Virus record (IMG/VR): IMGVR_UViG_3300021420_000017
Span: 64,001-128,000 of that record
DNA from: a virus
Reading direction: 5' to 3' (one strand)
Length of the DNA stretch: 64,000 nt
Part shown: one piece after another, positions 52,107-62,452 of the stretch
How the letters are laid out: each line of letters opens with the position of its first letter
Position numbering within the stretch: the first letter of the stretch is position 1
Program-made: the position numbers and the translations under genes
The notes under the pieces: model-generated
Told to the model about the DNA's origin: nothing
The model's input: the letters and a program-made list of their open reading frames with translations, nothing else
Database searches by the model: none

Positions 52107-52766
52107 GTGACTGCGAATAACTCGCCGCGCCTGGGGCTGATGCTGCCCAACAACGCTGACCCCTTCGATCCAGACGACTTCGTGGAGACCTTCACGGTCC
52201 TTGATGGGGCTCCGGGGGTGACTCCGATCGCCAACCTGGCCGCGCTGCCGACCGGCCTCACGACAGCCCAGCACATGTCGCAATACATCCAGGCCGACAA
52301 CGGCGCGATCTGGTATTGGTACAAACCCTCCTCGGGCACCCCGGGTGCGTGGATGCGATCCAATTCGGTCGGGATGCTGAGCCAGCGTTCCAACGGCGGC
52401 CTCGTTCAGTCAACCTCAACAGCAGCCCCTGGCGCAGTCGTTCTCGGGACCTCTGTTCCCTTGACCGCTCCCGGCGTGCGGGCGTTGCGGGTCGATATCG
52501 ATATTGATCAGATCAACAGCAGCGGTTCGAGCGGGCTCTATGCAGTTCTGCTTTATCAGGGCAGCACATTGGTAAAGACCTTCGATCGAGGCGGTCTTCC
52601 GGTGAGTATCCCGGGCGACTTCAACGCCAGCTATATCTACCCAGCTCCTGCGGCTGGGGCCTCGCTGTCTTTCGGAGTCTCAATCTGCACCGGCGGCCTT
52701 CTCGCACAAAACCCGACTGGAACAGTCTCTGCCTCCGGAACCACTCTGACAGTCTCTGAGATTTAA
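52107..52766 (+). CDS. minor tail/virion protein
   Basis: SPRLGLMLP...D N-terminus typical of fibre anchors; beta-rich C-terminus. Confidence 0.6.
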   Translation: MTANNSPRLGLMLPNNADPFDPDDFVETFTVLDGAPGVTPIANLAALPTGLTTAQHMSQYIQADNGAIWYWYKPSSGTPGAWMRSNSVGMLSQRSNGGLVQSTSTAAPGAVVLGTSVPLTAPGVRALRVDIDIDQINSSGSSGLYAVLLYQGSTLVKTFDRGGLPVSIPGDFNASYIYPAPAAGASLSFGVSICTGGLLAQNPTGTVSASGTTLTVSEI

Positions 52767-52768
52767 TA

Positions 52769-53632
52769 ATGCCAGAAGCTGATCGGCAGCAGATTCCGCA
52801 GTATCAGTCTGCTCCTCAGTATATTGGCTTGGCTGTTGCTGTCACGGGTGTGCCCACCGATGTTGATAGCAATATCGTCACTGTCACAGTGGTCAATGAA
52901 GACTCTCAATCGACCTTGTTTACTCGCACTGCAGCTCATGTTGGTCTAGGCCGCTACCAGATTCTCCTCAGCCAGACCGATACTGACGTGCTGGGTAACT
53001 ATGCTGCGAGTTGGATCTATGCTATCGCAGGGCAATCTCTCCTCTATACCAGCTACTACGCTGTCGGTGGCGCCGAGCCAGCTTACGATAACTTGACCGA
53101 TGACTTGAAGGCTATCGCCGACTCGGTCTATGCCAAGCTCGCTGACATGTTCGATTCACCCTCTGGTGGCCCCAACCTCTACACCTACTTCCAGTCGAAC
53201 TGGAGCCGAGGCCGTATCGCTCAGTGTATCGACTGGGCACTCGACCGGATCAATACCGCTGCTCAGCCCTACAGCAACTACAGCACGGTAGCGGGCGGGG
53301 CGGCCTTCCCCACGGCTCAGTGGGGAGCCCTGCTTCGGCAGGCCTGCTTCGTAGAGGCGCTCAAGCACTTGCGGCGCAGCTACGTCGAACAACCAGACTT
53401 TCAGGGATCGACAATCTCACGCTTGGATCGACGCGACTACTTCGATCGATGGGGTGTCGTGCTCGCTGACGAGGAGGCACTCTTGCGCCCCCAGCTAGAC
53501 CACTTCAAGATCAAGCAGATGGGTCTGGGTCGACCCGCAATCCTGGTCTCAGGCGGCGTCTATGGCCGTTACAGCCCCGTGGCGATGCCGGGCATGGCCG
53601 GGCGCCCTCACCTGAGTTTCGTGAACTACTGA
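52769..53632 (+). CDS. head-tail connector / neck protein (putative)
   Basis: RRSYVEQP...LDRRDYFDRW; position between the fibre and lysis genes. Confidence 0.55.
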   Translation: MPEADRQQIPQYQSAPQYIGLAVAVTGVPTDVDSNIVTVTVVNEDSQSTLFTRTAAHVGLGRYQILLSQTDTDVLGNYAASWIYAIAGQSLLYTSYYAVGGAEPAYDNLTDDLKAIADSVYAKLADMFDSPSGGPNLYTYFQSNWSRGRIAQCIDWALDRINTAAQPYSNYSTVAGGAAFPTAQWGALLRQACFVEALKHLRRSYVEQPDFQGSTISRLDRRDYFDRWGVVLADEEALLRPQLDHFKIKQMGLGRPAILVSGGVYGRYSPVAMPGMAGRPHLSFVNY

Positions 53633-54726
53633 TGGCCACGTTGGATGCCGCGACTCTTCCGGCTCGCTGGTCAGACACCTCGGAGTTCCAGGGCTCGGTG
53701 TATACCGATGCCTATGGTCACCGATGGGCATCCTTCCGCTGCATGGACGGATCCAGCTACGTCGATCAAAAGTTCGCGGCTAACCTCGCCTGGTGCCTCG
53801 CTGCCTACAAGGCCGGTCGTATCGAGGGCTACTACGTCTACTTCGTCTACCGTCCGGTCGGCGCGCAGACGCTGTTCAACGCCTGGACGGCCCAGCTCGG
53901 AGCGACGATCCCGCCCGGAGCTGTCCTGATGAAAGACGTCGAGTCCTGGGGCGGAGCGATCAGCGGAGACTGCTCGGCCGATTTGAACACCCTGTACGGG
54001 ATGCTCGCGGGGTACGCAAGAAACTTCGCCCGTGTGGTCGGCTATGGCAATCAAAATGATCTGACCAACCTCTGGCGCACCCGCGATTCACGGTGCAGGG
54101 TCCTGGTGGCCTCTTACGGAGACACCTGGGTCTATCAGAATGTGCCGGGCGCATTCGGGCAGCAATACGCCGACGGAGAAGCCAGATATGGCTACCCGAC
54201 AGGCTGGCCGATCGCCTCCGATCCGTTTGGAAACTGCGATCACAACGGAACGCCCAACTACACAGCAGTTCAGTTGGCAGCCCTGCATGGTGTCCAGCGA
54301 GGCTCGACCACGAGTGAGGATGACGATATGAGTTTTCGGCTTATGAAGGACGCGCCTGACCAAACAGGTGCGGTCTATGCCTACAACAATGCTGGCATGC
54401 TCTGGCACGTGCCTGGCCCAGACTGGCTGGCCGTCGTGTGGTCTCTGCCGGGTTGCGAAAACCCCGGGGCGGTGGACGTCTTCAGCCAGGCCCAGTTCGA
54501 TGCGACCAAGGGGATGCTGGACACCATCAATGGTGGCATCTCCGGAGACATCCCGAACATCCTGAGCTTGGCCACCGGGATTCAGCAAAAGGTGAGTGGG
54601 CTCGGTGCGGCCACCATCGATCCGATTCAGTTGAACAAGGCCGTGCTCGACGCGGTCAACGCCTCCCTGTCCGGATTCGGGATGAGCGGCACCGTCACTC
54701 TTCAGAAGGCAGGAACTCCGGCATGA
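53632..54726 (+). CDS. endolysin, GH25-like muramidase
   Basis: DTSEFQ, FRCMDG..Y.D..F..N, GYYVYF, MKDVESW (DxE), QQYAD. Confidence 0.75.
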   Translation: MATLDAATLPARWSDTSEFQGSVYTDAYGHRWASFRCMDGSSYVDQKFAANLAWCLAAYKAGRIEGYYVYFVYRPVGAQTLFNAWTAQLGATIPPGAVLMKDVESWGGAISGDCSADLNTLYGMLAGYARNFARVVGYGNQNDLTNLWRTRDSRCRVLVASYGDTWVYQNVPGAFGQQYADGEARYGYPTGWPIASDPFGNCDHNGTPNYTAVQLAALHGVQRGSTTSEDDDMSFRLMKDAPDQTGAVYAYNNAGMLWHVPGPDWLAVVWSLPGCENPGAVDVFSQAQFDATKGMLDTINGGISGDIPNILSLATGIQQKVSGLGAATIDPIQLNKAVLDAVNASLSGFGMSGTVTLQKAGTPA

Positions 54727-55319
54727 CACACGCTGTTTCCGCGCACGCGGACCAGACCCCCTCGACCTCGGTCAAGACAAACTGGTTCACTCGGATCACC
54801 GGTTGGGTCCTGAAGAAGGAACCCGTCGCGGTGGCATGGTCGGTGAGCATGGTGGGCGAGATCCTGGTCGGGCACCACATCGTCGGCGCAGCGAGCTGGA
54901 CGAGCCTCACCAACGTGATCCTGCCGGTGGCCACCACCGCAGGGGCCGCACTGCTGCGTGACACAGTGTTCAGCCCCAAGTCGGCAGCCGCGCTCCAGGC
55001 CACCGCCGACAGTTGGCAGGCCAAGGCTGAAGCAGTCGGTATCTTGAGCGAGGCCGATTTCGGGCGCCTGACACAGTGGATGAACCAGCACCTGCCAGCC
55101 CTCCTGCAGGCTCACGCCACCGCAGCGAGTACGAGCACGCCGATTGCGACGGTCGTCACCCCGGTCCCGGCTGCGAGCTTGCTGGAGGCCGCTCACGCCG
55201 TCTTCGGGACTACTCCTTCGGGATCGCTGGATCTGACCCCGCTTCCTCCTCTGCCGTCTCCGGCGGTAACGACACTGGCTACTCCTGCGACTGCGACCAT
55301 CACGCCGCCCCTGTCCTAA
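54723..55319 (+). CDS. holin-like membrane protein
   Basis: ATGA overlap with the endolysin; KEPVAVAW, two hydrophobic helices, LRDTVFSP. Confidence 0.6.
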   Translation: MTHAVSAHADQTPSTSVKTNWFTRITGWVLKKEPVAVAWSVSMVGEILVGHHIVGAASWTSLTNVILPVATTAGAALLRDTVFSPKSAAALQATADSWQAKAEAVGILSEADFGRLTQWMNQHLPALLQAHATAASTSTPIATVVTPVPAASLLEAAHAVFGTTPSGSLDLTPLPPLPSPAVTTLATPATATITPPLS

Positions 55320-55345
55320 CCTCGGGCGCGGCTCTGAAGTAGTGA
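55312..55345 (+). promoter_or_regulatory. putative late promoter, copy 7
   Basis: TGTCC-N18-TGAAGTAGTGA. Confidence 0.72.
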
Positions 55346-55380
55346 CAGCCCTGCCGGGCTGAGAGAGATTGAGGCCGTCG

Positions 55381-55926
55381 ATGGCGATCAACACCGTGAC
55401 CCAGCGCAACACCTTGGCCACGGCCTACGGGACGGCTGGGGCCTACATCGGGCTCCTCTCGGCTCTGACTCTGCAGGGCGCCATCTCCATCGGGGCGGTC
55501 AGCTTCTCCTCCGACCTGTCGGTCGCGGTTGGGGATACCGTGGTGTTCGATCAGGGCCTGTCCACCCAGGAGGCGCGGGTCGTCTCGGCAGTCACGGGAA
55601 CGGGCCCCTATGCCGTCACCGTCCCGGCCACCACCTTCGCTCACTCCGCCGGAGCGTTGATCTCGCACCTGCCTGCCGCCGCTACCGGTCATGAGCTGGT
55701 CGGGGGTGCCTACGCGCGGGTTGCCTCGGGGTGGGGGTCCGTCGACAACTCGGCGATCGTCTCGACCCCGACCCCCATCAACGTCCCGATCGGGGCCAAG
55801 GTGGGCTCCGTGGCCATCTTCTCGGCCATCTCGGCAGGTGCCTATCTGGATGCCTCTGCGGTAGCGGGCCAGTTCTTCGCCACGGCCGGGACTTATACCC
55901 CGACGTATACCTATACCCAGGTCTAG
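55381..55926 (+). CDS. virion structural protein
   Basis: MAINTVTQRNTLATAYG...ELVGGAYARV..W...FxxPxG..V...AIFSA..AG.YL. Confidence 0.65.
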   Translation: MAINTVTQRNTLATAYGTAGAYIGLLSALTLQGAISIGAVSFSSDLSVAVGDTVVFDQGLSTQEARVVSAVTGTGPYAVTVPATTFAHSAGALISHLPAAATGHELVGGAYARVASGWGSVDNSAIVSTPTPINVPIGAKVGSVAIFSAISAGAYLDASAVAGQFFATAGTYTPTYTYTQV

Positions 55927-55948
55927 GCCATCGGGTGGGGGGTAGAGA

Positions 55949-57271
55949 ATGACCCTGCTGGGATACCACTACGAGACCGGCCCACAAAGCGCTGCGCTGA
56001 CTTCGGCCAACACCGGGGCGAGCCTCAGCACCATCAATGGCAGTGCGATCTTCGATTCTGCGTCCGCACTGAGTGGCAACTTCGGAGGCAAATACTCTTG
56101 TAATGCCAATGTTGTTTGTACTCAGCGTTTCTTGCCTAACGCCAGCAGTACATCGATGGCTTTTTCAGTCGGATTCGAGTTGCCATCAAGTCCGCTGAGC
56201 TTCGATGTGATGTTCTATACTCTTCGATACTCCTCTGGTGTCTCGCTGAGCCTATTCTGGTCTACAACCAATACCGTCTATATGACGGATGCGTCAGGTG
56301 CTAATCGCATCACGTTGATCACCGGAGCAAACCCGGGAACGAAATACCGAATCGCCGGTTCGGTGATCGTGGCTACGTCAACCACGGGCACTTACACGAT
56401 CAACACCTACGTGGGTCAGAGCACATCACCCATCAATAGCGCTCCGTTTCACAGCACTGCGTACAATCTTGGCACCTCGGCAATTTCTGCGGTCGACGTA
56501 GGTATTGTCAGCGCGAACTCACCTTCGGGCACCGTCGTCATGATTGACGATATCCAGTTCAATGACGGTTCGACTACTGAACCTCCCCCTTACTTTCCGC
56601 CACTCCCGCCCACGGCTGCGTTCTCTTTCAACCCGATCGGCCTGAGCGTCACCTTCGACGGGTCTGCCTCGGCAGCGGTCTCCCCCGCGACCCTGACTGG
56701 CTACAGTTGGGATTACGGCGACACCAACACCGGCACCGGAGTTACTCCGAGTCACACCTATGTCAATGCTGGGACTTACACCGTCAGGCTGACGGTGACC
56801 GACTCCAATTCGACCATGAGTTCGATCAGTCACTCAGTAGTGGTGGCTCCCCCGCGAGGGTCGGTCACGGTCGCTTCGGTGAACACCAGCACCGGATGGT
56901 CTCCTTCCCCGGGAGCGACCTCCTTGAGCGCACTGACCGATACCGACTCGACCACGTATCTCACCAGCTCGATCAACCCGAGCAATCAGGTATTGCTGCT
57001 GACGTCACAGTTTCTGACTCCGCCCCAGGCTGGCCAACCGCTCAATGTGGTGCTGGGCATCGATGTCCTCGCCTCGGTCTCGGGCGGTCTCGTTACGGCG
57101 TCCCTGATCGAGGGATCGACCACTCGCTCGACGCTGACCCCGAAGGCCATCCCGATCGGTTCGGGTGGTTCGGTGCAGGGCTCCGTCGTGTGTGCCTTCC
57201 CGGCGGCCGACATCGCTGCGGTGACCTCCTGGGCGGCGTTGAAGGTTCAGCTTCTGGTATCGGCGAGCTGA
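55949..57271 (+). CDS. virion protein with a PKD domain
   Basis: PTAAFS...VTFDGSAS...YSWDYGD..TGTG.TPSHTY..AGTYTVRLTVTD. Confidence 0.8.
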   Translation: MTLLGYHYETGPQSAALTSANTGASLSTINGSAIFDSASALSGNFGGKYSCNANVVCTQRFLPNASSTSMAFSVGFELPSSPLSFDVMFYTLRYSSGVSLSLFWSTTNTVYMTDASGANRITLITGANPGTKYRIAGSVIVATSTTGTYTINTYVGQSTSPINSAPFHSTAYNLGTSAISAVDVGIVSANSPSGTVVMIDDIQFNDGSTTEPPPYFPPLPPTAAFSFNPIGLSVTFDGSASAAVSPATLTGYSWDYGDTNTGTGVTPSHTYVNAGTYTVRLTVTDSNSTMSSISHSVVVAPPRGSVTVASVNTSTGWSPSPGATSLSALTDTDSTTYLTSSINPSNQVLLLTSQFLTPPQAGQPLNVVLGIDVLASVSGGLVTASLIEGSTTRSTLTPKAIPIGSGGSVQGSVVCAFPAADIAAVTSWAALKVQLLVSAS

Positions 57272-57274
57272 AGC

Positions 57275-57988
57275 GTGTCCGCGACAGTCCGTATTTCAGC
57301 CTTCTCGGCCTCGGTTGTCCAGAGCGCCAACACAGGCACCGGCAGCGGTGGGGCCAACACGTCGGGTCTGTCCTTGCTGGCGGCCGAGGCCAAGAACGGC
57401 ATTGGCGTCTCGACGGTCGTTGCCAGCGTGAGCAGCCCTCGCTCGATTCAGGCATCGGGACTGGGTCGGTCCTCGATCATCAGCTCTCCGGCTTCTGTAG
57501 GAATGCCCTCGGACTCCGGCGTGGGCAGTTCCTCGACCCATGGCGGCCCTCACCCTCAGGCCTCTCCCCAGGCCTCCGGGGCGGGCTCCAGCAGCGCCCT
57601 GCGCTTACCCTGGGCCCCGGCGACTGGGCAAGGGCAATCTAGTGCCGTTGGCTTGTTCAAGGCTTATTCAGTTGTGCCTCAATCTGGTAGCGGAGTGGAA
57701 ACTGGTACAGCTTCTCTCGCCGTCGCTAAATCGGTGTACGTGGTCGGATCGAACACGAAAATCTGCACTCGTACTTTCACCGGAGGCGCTCCGCTTTACT
57801 TCGCGTACGGTAGTGGCCTGGGTCTTAGTGTCGTTTCTGTGAGTAGAGCGATATTGGTCGGCTCAGTCCAGGGCTCCGGCGTCGGACAGGCGACTGTTAT
57901 ATCAGACGCCGATTTCAATCCTCCCCCTTCGCCCGTGGGCATTACCGTCAAGATCGATGGGGAATGGCAGATCTCCTATGGCACCTAG
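57275..57988 (+). CDS. Ser/Gly-rich virion protein
   Basis: Low-complexity repeats; lies within the operon. Confidence 0.55.
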   Translation: MSATVRISAFSASVVQSANTGTGSGGANTSGLSLLAAEAKNGIGVSTVVASVSSPRSIQASGLGRSSIISSPASVGMPSDSGVGSSSTHGGPHPQASPQASGAGSSSALRLPWAPATGQGQSSAVGLFKAYSVVPQSGSGVETGTASLAVAKSVYVVGSNTKICTRTFTGGAPLYFAYGSGLGLSVVSVSRAILVGSVQGSGVGQATVISDADFNPPPSPVGITVKIDGEWQISYGT

Positions 57989-58838
57989 TCAACTCCCCAA
58001 CGCGCAGCCGTTCTACGTGCGCGGAGTGCAGAACTGGGCCATCTCCCAGGAGCGCCAGCGCCATACCCAAGCGCTCTTCCAAGTAGGCGAAATGGTCATG
58101 TTCATCCTGCTCTGGAAAACGGAGGACTTCGAGGCAGGATTGGTCGATCGGTGCATTCGTTGTTCGCCCGTGAATGACTCGCTGATTGCCCGAACCAGCG
58201 CGGTCTATGAACAGCCGATCACCTACCGCTGCCCGGTGTGCTTCGGCACGACCTATGGCGAAGGGGTCCGAGCCAAGATCATTCGCCCTGCCATCATCAC
58301 CGACTCCGATGAGGATGAGCGCAAGAGCCCACGAGGGGTTCTGCATGCCGAGAGCGTGGTGGTGGAATCCACTGAGGATTTCCGCTCTCACACTGGTGAC
58401 TTCTTGCTTCGCCAGGATGGGTCCCGATGGATGCTGGGCGCGCCCGCTCGGATCATGATTCGGACCGGGATGCAACGTCCGACTCAGGCCGAGTCCTCAA
58501 TCGGTTATGCCCGCATCCCCGCCTCCCGCGAGGACGAGGCCAGCGTGGCGTTCATCATCCCTCCGGGCCCGGCCGAACTGGCACAGTTGCTTGCTCAGCC
58601 GGTGGGTTGGCCAAACATGACCGACACCGACGTCCTCAATGGGCCTCTGATTCCCTTCGAGGAGTACGTGCCTGCTGTGGTGCCCACGCCAGCGTCTGAT
58701 TTCGGATTTGACCTTGGTGAGGCCGAGCCAGTCTCAGATGCGAACCGACGCGACTTCGACTTCGACCTTGGTGGAGCTATGCCCAATCCAGATGCGCATC
58801 TACGTGATTCCGACTTCGATGATATGGGTGGTGCGTGA
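57978..58838 (+). CDS. neck/head-closure-type protein with a Zn finger (putative)
   Basis: CIRC...CPVCFGTTY..G motif. Confidence 0.55.
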   Translation: MAPSQLPNAQPFYVRGVQNWAISQERQRHTQALFQVGEMVMFILLWKTEDFEAGLVDRCIRCSPVNDSLIARTSAVYEQPITYRCPVCFGTTYGEGVRAKIIRPAIITDSDEDERKSPRGVLHAESVVVESTEDFRSHTGDFLLRQDGSRWMLGAPARIMIRTGMQRPTQAESSIGYARIPASREDEASVAFIIPPGPAELAQLLAQPVGWPNMTDTDVLNGPLIPFEEYVPAVVPTPASDFGFDLGEAEPVSDANRRDFDFDLGGAMPNPDAHLRDSDFDDMGGA

Positions 58839-59986
58839 TGTCCGGGATTCGCTTACAGCTACGGCATGACTCCAGTGCCAACTGGGCCTCCCAGAACCCG
58901 GTGCTCAAAGTGGGGGAGGCGGGCTGGGCTACTGACACCTATGAGCTGAGAATCGGCGACGGGGTCACCTCATGGATCAACCTTGACCCGGTCGGCGAGT
59001 TGAATCTGAGTGGCGTCACCACGATTACCGGGGTTTCCACCCCGGGAGCGGTCCTTACCCGGATCGATGCCACCACTGCGGGCTGGGCCGTACTGGGAAC
59101 GGCTTCGGCCCATGCCGCCACCGATTTCGATCCGGCCGGGGTCGCTTCTGCGGCTCTGGTGACGGCCAAGGCCTATACGGATACGGAAACGATCCGAGCT
59201 GAAGGAATCGAGGCCACCAAGCTCAATATTACCGATCCGTCGGTGACGAACGCGCGGACGCCTCTCCCGCATGCCGCGACCCATGCCAGCGGAGGAACCG
59301 ACCCGGTCAGTCCGGCCTCGATCGGGGCTGCAACGGCGACAGCCCTCAGCGCGGAGATCACCCGTGCGCTGGGCGCCGAGGCGACGATCTCCAACGCATT
59401 GGCGACCGCGTTGGCTGGGATGTCGCCTGCTGAGTTCCCCGCAGCTACTCAAGGCAGCGGGTTGACCCACTCCGGTGTTGGCCAGGTCGTCGGGGGCATC
59501 ACGATCACCGCAGGGATGCGGGTGTTGGATACCTTGTCCGGCGCAACCGCTGGCCTGTGGGTGGCGGCGGCGGGCGCCTGGTCTCGGCCCACCGACTTCG
59601 CCACGGGCTCCAATGCTCAGGGCAAGCTGGTCAACGTTGATTCCAGCGGGGGGCTATGGCTCTGTATCTCCTCCAGTCCCGTGACGGTGGATACGACGAC
59701 GCAGGTATGGAGCGAGATCGATGCCTCGGTGGTCATGGCCGGAGTGGGGCTCGCCAAGAGCGGCAACTCCTTCTCCGTGCTCTACGGAACTATTACGGGC
59801 ACTGCTGCGCAGGGTAATGACTCCCGGATCACCGGGGCGGCTCAGGTCGCGAACAATCTGTCCGATCTCGCCAACGAGGCAGCCGCCCGGACCAATCTCG
59901 GACTGGGAACAGCAGCGACTCATGCCGCTACCGACTTCGATCCGCGCGGGGCAGCCGCCGCACTTGCTCTTGTCTTCGCGGTATAA
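58835..59986 (+). CDS. tail fibre protein with Mtd_N-like N-terminus
   Basis: IRLQLRHDSSANWASQNPVLKVGEAGWATDT..LRIGDG; HAATHASGGTDP; ANNLSDLA..AARTNLGLG. Confidence 0.75.
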   Translation: MMSGIRLQLRHDSSANWASQNPVLKVGEAGWATDTYELRIGDGVTSWINLDPVGELNLSGVTTITGVSTPGAVLTRIDATTAGWAVLGTASAHAATDFDPAGVASAALVTAKAYTDTETIRAEGIEATKLNITDPSVTNARTPLPHAATHASGGTDPVSPASIGAATATALSAEITRALGAEATISNALATALAGMSPAEFPAATQGSGLTHSGVGQVVGGITITAGMRVLDTLSGATAGLWVAAAGAWSRPTDFATGSNAQGKLVNVDSSGGLWLCISSSPVTVDTTTQVWSEIDASVVMAGVGLAKSGNSFSVLYGTITGTAAQGNDSRITGAAQVANNLSDLANEAAARTNLGLGTAATHAATDFDPRGAAAALALVFAV

Positions 59987-60009
59987 ATAATACCTAAAGG
60001 AGAACTCTG

Positions 60010-61404
60010 ATGGGCAAGACGGTGCAAGTGAAGTTTGGATTCACTGACGTATTACTTCCAGAGAGTCCTATTTACGGCACCAGGTATCAGGCTGGCCAGT
60101 CTGCTACCATTACTGATGCTGAATATTCATCGCTTTCAGTAGCAGTGATCCGTGCGATTACTGTGACCGCGACGGGTCTCTCTGATCCCATTCGCACTTC
60201 GCCTTCCTTACCGCCCTCTCTCACCGACGCTATATCTAAGAAATACGCCGATGCCACCTATGCGACTATTTCTGGTGATGGGGCCGAGGTCACGTCATTT
60301 CTTACTCGGACGGGCGCTGTTGTTGCGATGGCGGGGGACTACACCGCATCTCAGGTGGGGGCAGATGTTGCTGGCGCAGCAGCGGCGGCGATTGCTTCCT
60401 CAGTACAACGGGCATCTAATCTCTCAGATTTAACTTCTTTTGCTGCTGCTCGCACCAATATGGGCTTAGGGTCTGCATCAGTTCAGAACAGTAGCGCCTT
60501 TGATATTTCGGGTGCAGCTACTACCGCTCAGGCCGCCGCTATCGCTGTTTCGGTTCAGCGAGCGTCCAACTTGTCTGATCTCGCTTCCGCAGCAACAGCA
60601 AGAACCAATTTGGGACTTGGCACTGCTGCAACCCAGGCAAGTGGCGCCTTCGATTCATCGGGGGCGGCTGCGTCAGCCATAGCATCTTCAGCTCAACGAG
60701 CCGCGAACCTTTCAGATCTCGCTTCGGTAACGACAGCTCGCACGAACCTCGGGCTCGGAACTGCGGCCACTCAAGCCAGCGGCGCATTTGATGCTGTTGG
60801 CGCGGCTTCTACTGCTCAAACCGCAGCCGCTGCGTATTCGGATGCGGGGTTGCTTTCGGCTGCTGGCGCCTTTAGAGCCCCATTGATTGCCTTTCAATAC
60901 TATGGGGCAGTTACGAACGCTATAACTACTTTGGCATTGGCTAATAGCACTGCCTCCGGTGGTCGATTGGTAGTTGGACGCAGTTGCACCTTGACCACTA
61001 TCGGAGTTGAGGTCGTTACGGTTGGAGTATCTGGATCACTCATTCGACTCGGCATATACAAGATCAATCCGGCTACTGGCGCATTGATTTTCCTCCTCGA
61101 TGCGGGTACTGGCGACGGGACCATCCTAGGGATGATTTCGCTCTCTATCTCTCAGCCTGTCAGCGCGGGAGACAATCTTATTCTTGTCGCTTGTCAGCAG
61201 GGCAGTCCGGTTACATTGGCAGTATTGCGAAGTAACTCGGGTCAAGATCCGTACTTCGGTTCATCCGCGCCAATGACGATTTCTCAGAATGCTCTGATCG
61301 GTGCCACTCTTGCTGGTTCTGTCCCCGGAGCATTACCGACCTCAGCACTCACCTACACGGGGGCAACAAGTGTGCCCCGGGTGCTTGTTTCCGCAGCAGC
61401 CTAA
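60010..61404 (+). CDS. tail fibre protein
   Basis: Three QRAxNLSDL..xARTNxGLG repeats followed by a beta-rich tip. Confidence 0.75.
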   Translation: MGKTVQVKFGFTDVLLPESPIYGTRYQAGQSATITDAEYSSLSVAVIRAITVTATGLSDPIRTSPSLPPSLTDAISKKYADATYATISGDGAEVTSFLTRTGAVVAMAGDYTASQVGADVAGAAAAAIASSVQRASNLSDLTSFAAARTNMGLGSASVQNSSAFDISGAATTAQAAAIAVSVQRASNLSDLASAATARTNLGLGTAATQASGAFDSSGAAASAIASSAQRAANLSDLASVTTARTNLGLGTAATQASGAFDAVGAASTAQTAAAAYSDAGLLSAAGAFRAPLIAFQYYGAVTNAITTLALANSTASGGRLVVGRSCTLTTIGVEVVTVGVSGSLIRLGIYKINPATGALIFLLDAGTGDGTILGMISLSISQPVSAGDNLILVACQQGSPVTLAVLRSNSGQDPYFGSSAPMTISQNALIGATLAGSVPGALPTSALTYTGATSVPRVLVSAAA

Positions 61405-61757
61405 TGGACATCATGCGAGGCGACGTGATCCGGATCCCCGGGGGTGACGGGACCCACTACGCGACACTGATGTATTGGCACAGTGCGGACGGCGAGATGG
61501 AAGGCGAGCCGTTCGGTCTGATGGAGCACCATGCGCATCAGGTCACGGGCATGATCCACGGCGGCTATGTGGCCTGGCGCAAGCCTCAGATGCTTCAGGA
61601 CGACTACGCGGACAACTACCCGGTGATCAAGCACCAGCTCGTCAGTATCGAGCCGCTGGAGATCTCTCCTAGCTTGCTGTGTGCCTTCACCCCCGAGGGC
61701 GGCGAGCGGTGCTCTAGCCACGGATTCATCAGGGCCGGGTGCTGGCACGATGCCTGA
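61404..61757 (+). CDS. small protein with a DUF6527-like C-terminus
   Basis: HQLVSIEPLEISPSLLC...CSSHGFIRAGCW. Confidence 0.5.
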   Translation: MDIMRGDVIRIPGGDGTHYATLMYWHSADGEMEGEPFGLMEHHAHQVTGMIHGGYVAWRKPQMLQDDYADNYPVIKHQLVSIEPLEISPSLLCAFTPEGGERCSSHGFIRAGCWHDA

Positions 61758-62448
61758 GCTGCTGCCTGAGATCAATCTGGCCGAGAGGCCGGATCGCATC
61801 GTCATGCTGGTCGATGAGGAGTCCGACACCGAGGAGCTTGCGAGCTTCGCGGTCGAGGTGGCACGCTCCCGGATGCCCAAGGTGACTGGAGCGATGGCCA
61901 AGAGCTTGCAGTCGATCTATGGAGACAACTACTTCGGCATCTACTTCCCCGACCGCAAAACGTGGTTCCTGGAGCAGGGCATCAAGCCCTTCACCATGAA
62001 TGCCCTCCAGGGCAAGACGATCCCGATGTGGATCGATGACCCGATGGGGTCCGAGCGCAAGGCGAACCCCAAAGCCGAGAGGCGCCGGACCGCAGATGGC
62101 CGGGAGCAGGTTCTCATCTTCCGTCGGGTCGGGAAGAAGGGTGAGCGCAAGAGGGTCATTCGCCGGGGCAAGGACGGTCTGCCTCGGCCCACCACCGTCC
62201 CGGTGAGTTACCCGGGCGCCCCCGGGCGCATCACTCGGCGCGAGATGGGTCCGCCCCTCGGGCGCGCGGGCAAGGTCGCAGGACAGATCGCTAAGGGTAA
62301 CGTCGGAGTGCGCTGGCGCCATCCGGGGATCGTGGCCCGGCAGTTTCTTAACTCAGCGATGGCTCAGACCGCGATCGAGTTCGGGATCGAGTCAGCGCAG
62401 GTCTACCTCACTGACAATGCGTCGTTCTTCAGTCTGATCCGGAGTTGA
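61750..62448 (+). CDS. neck/tail completion-type protein (putative)
   Basis: Basic protein, R.WRHPG...FL; lies upstream of the terminator/sheath genes. Confidence 0.5.
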   Translation: MPELLPEINLAERPDRIVMLVDEESDTEELASFAVEVARSRMPKVTGAMAKSLQSIYGDNYFGIYFPDRKTWFLEQGIKPFTMNALQGKTIPMWIDDPMGSERKANPKAERRRTADGREQVLIFRRVGKKGERKRVIRRGKDGLPRPTTVPVSYPGAPGRITRREMGPPLGRAGKVAGQIAKGNVGVRWRHPGIVARQFLNSAMAQTAIEFGIESAQVYLTDNASFFSLIRS

Positions 62449-62452
62449 GTTC

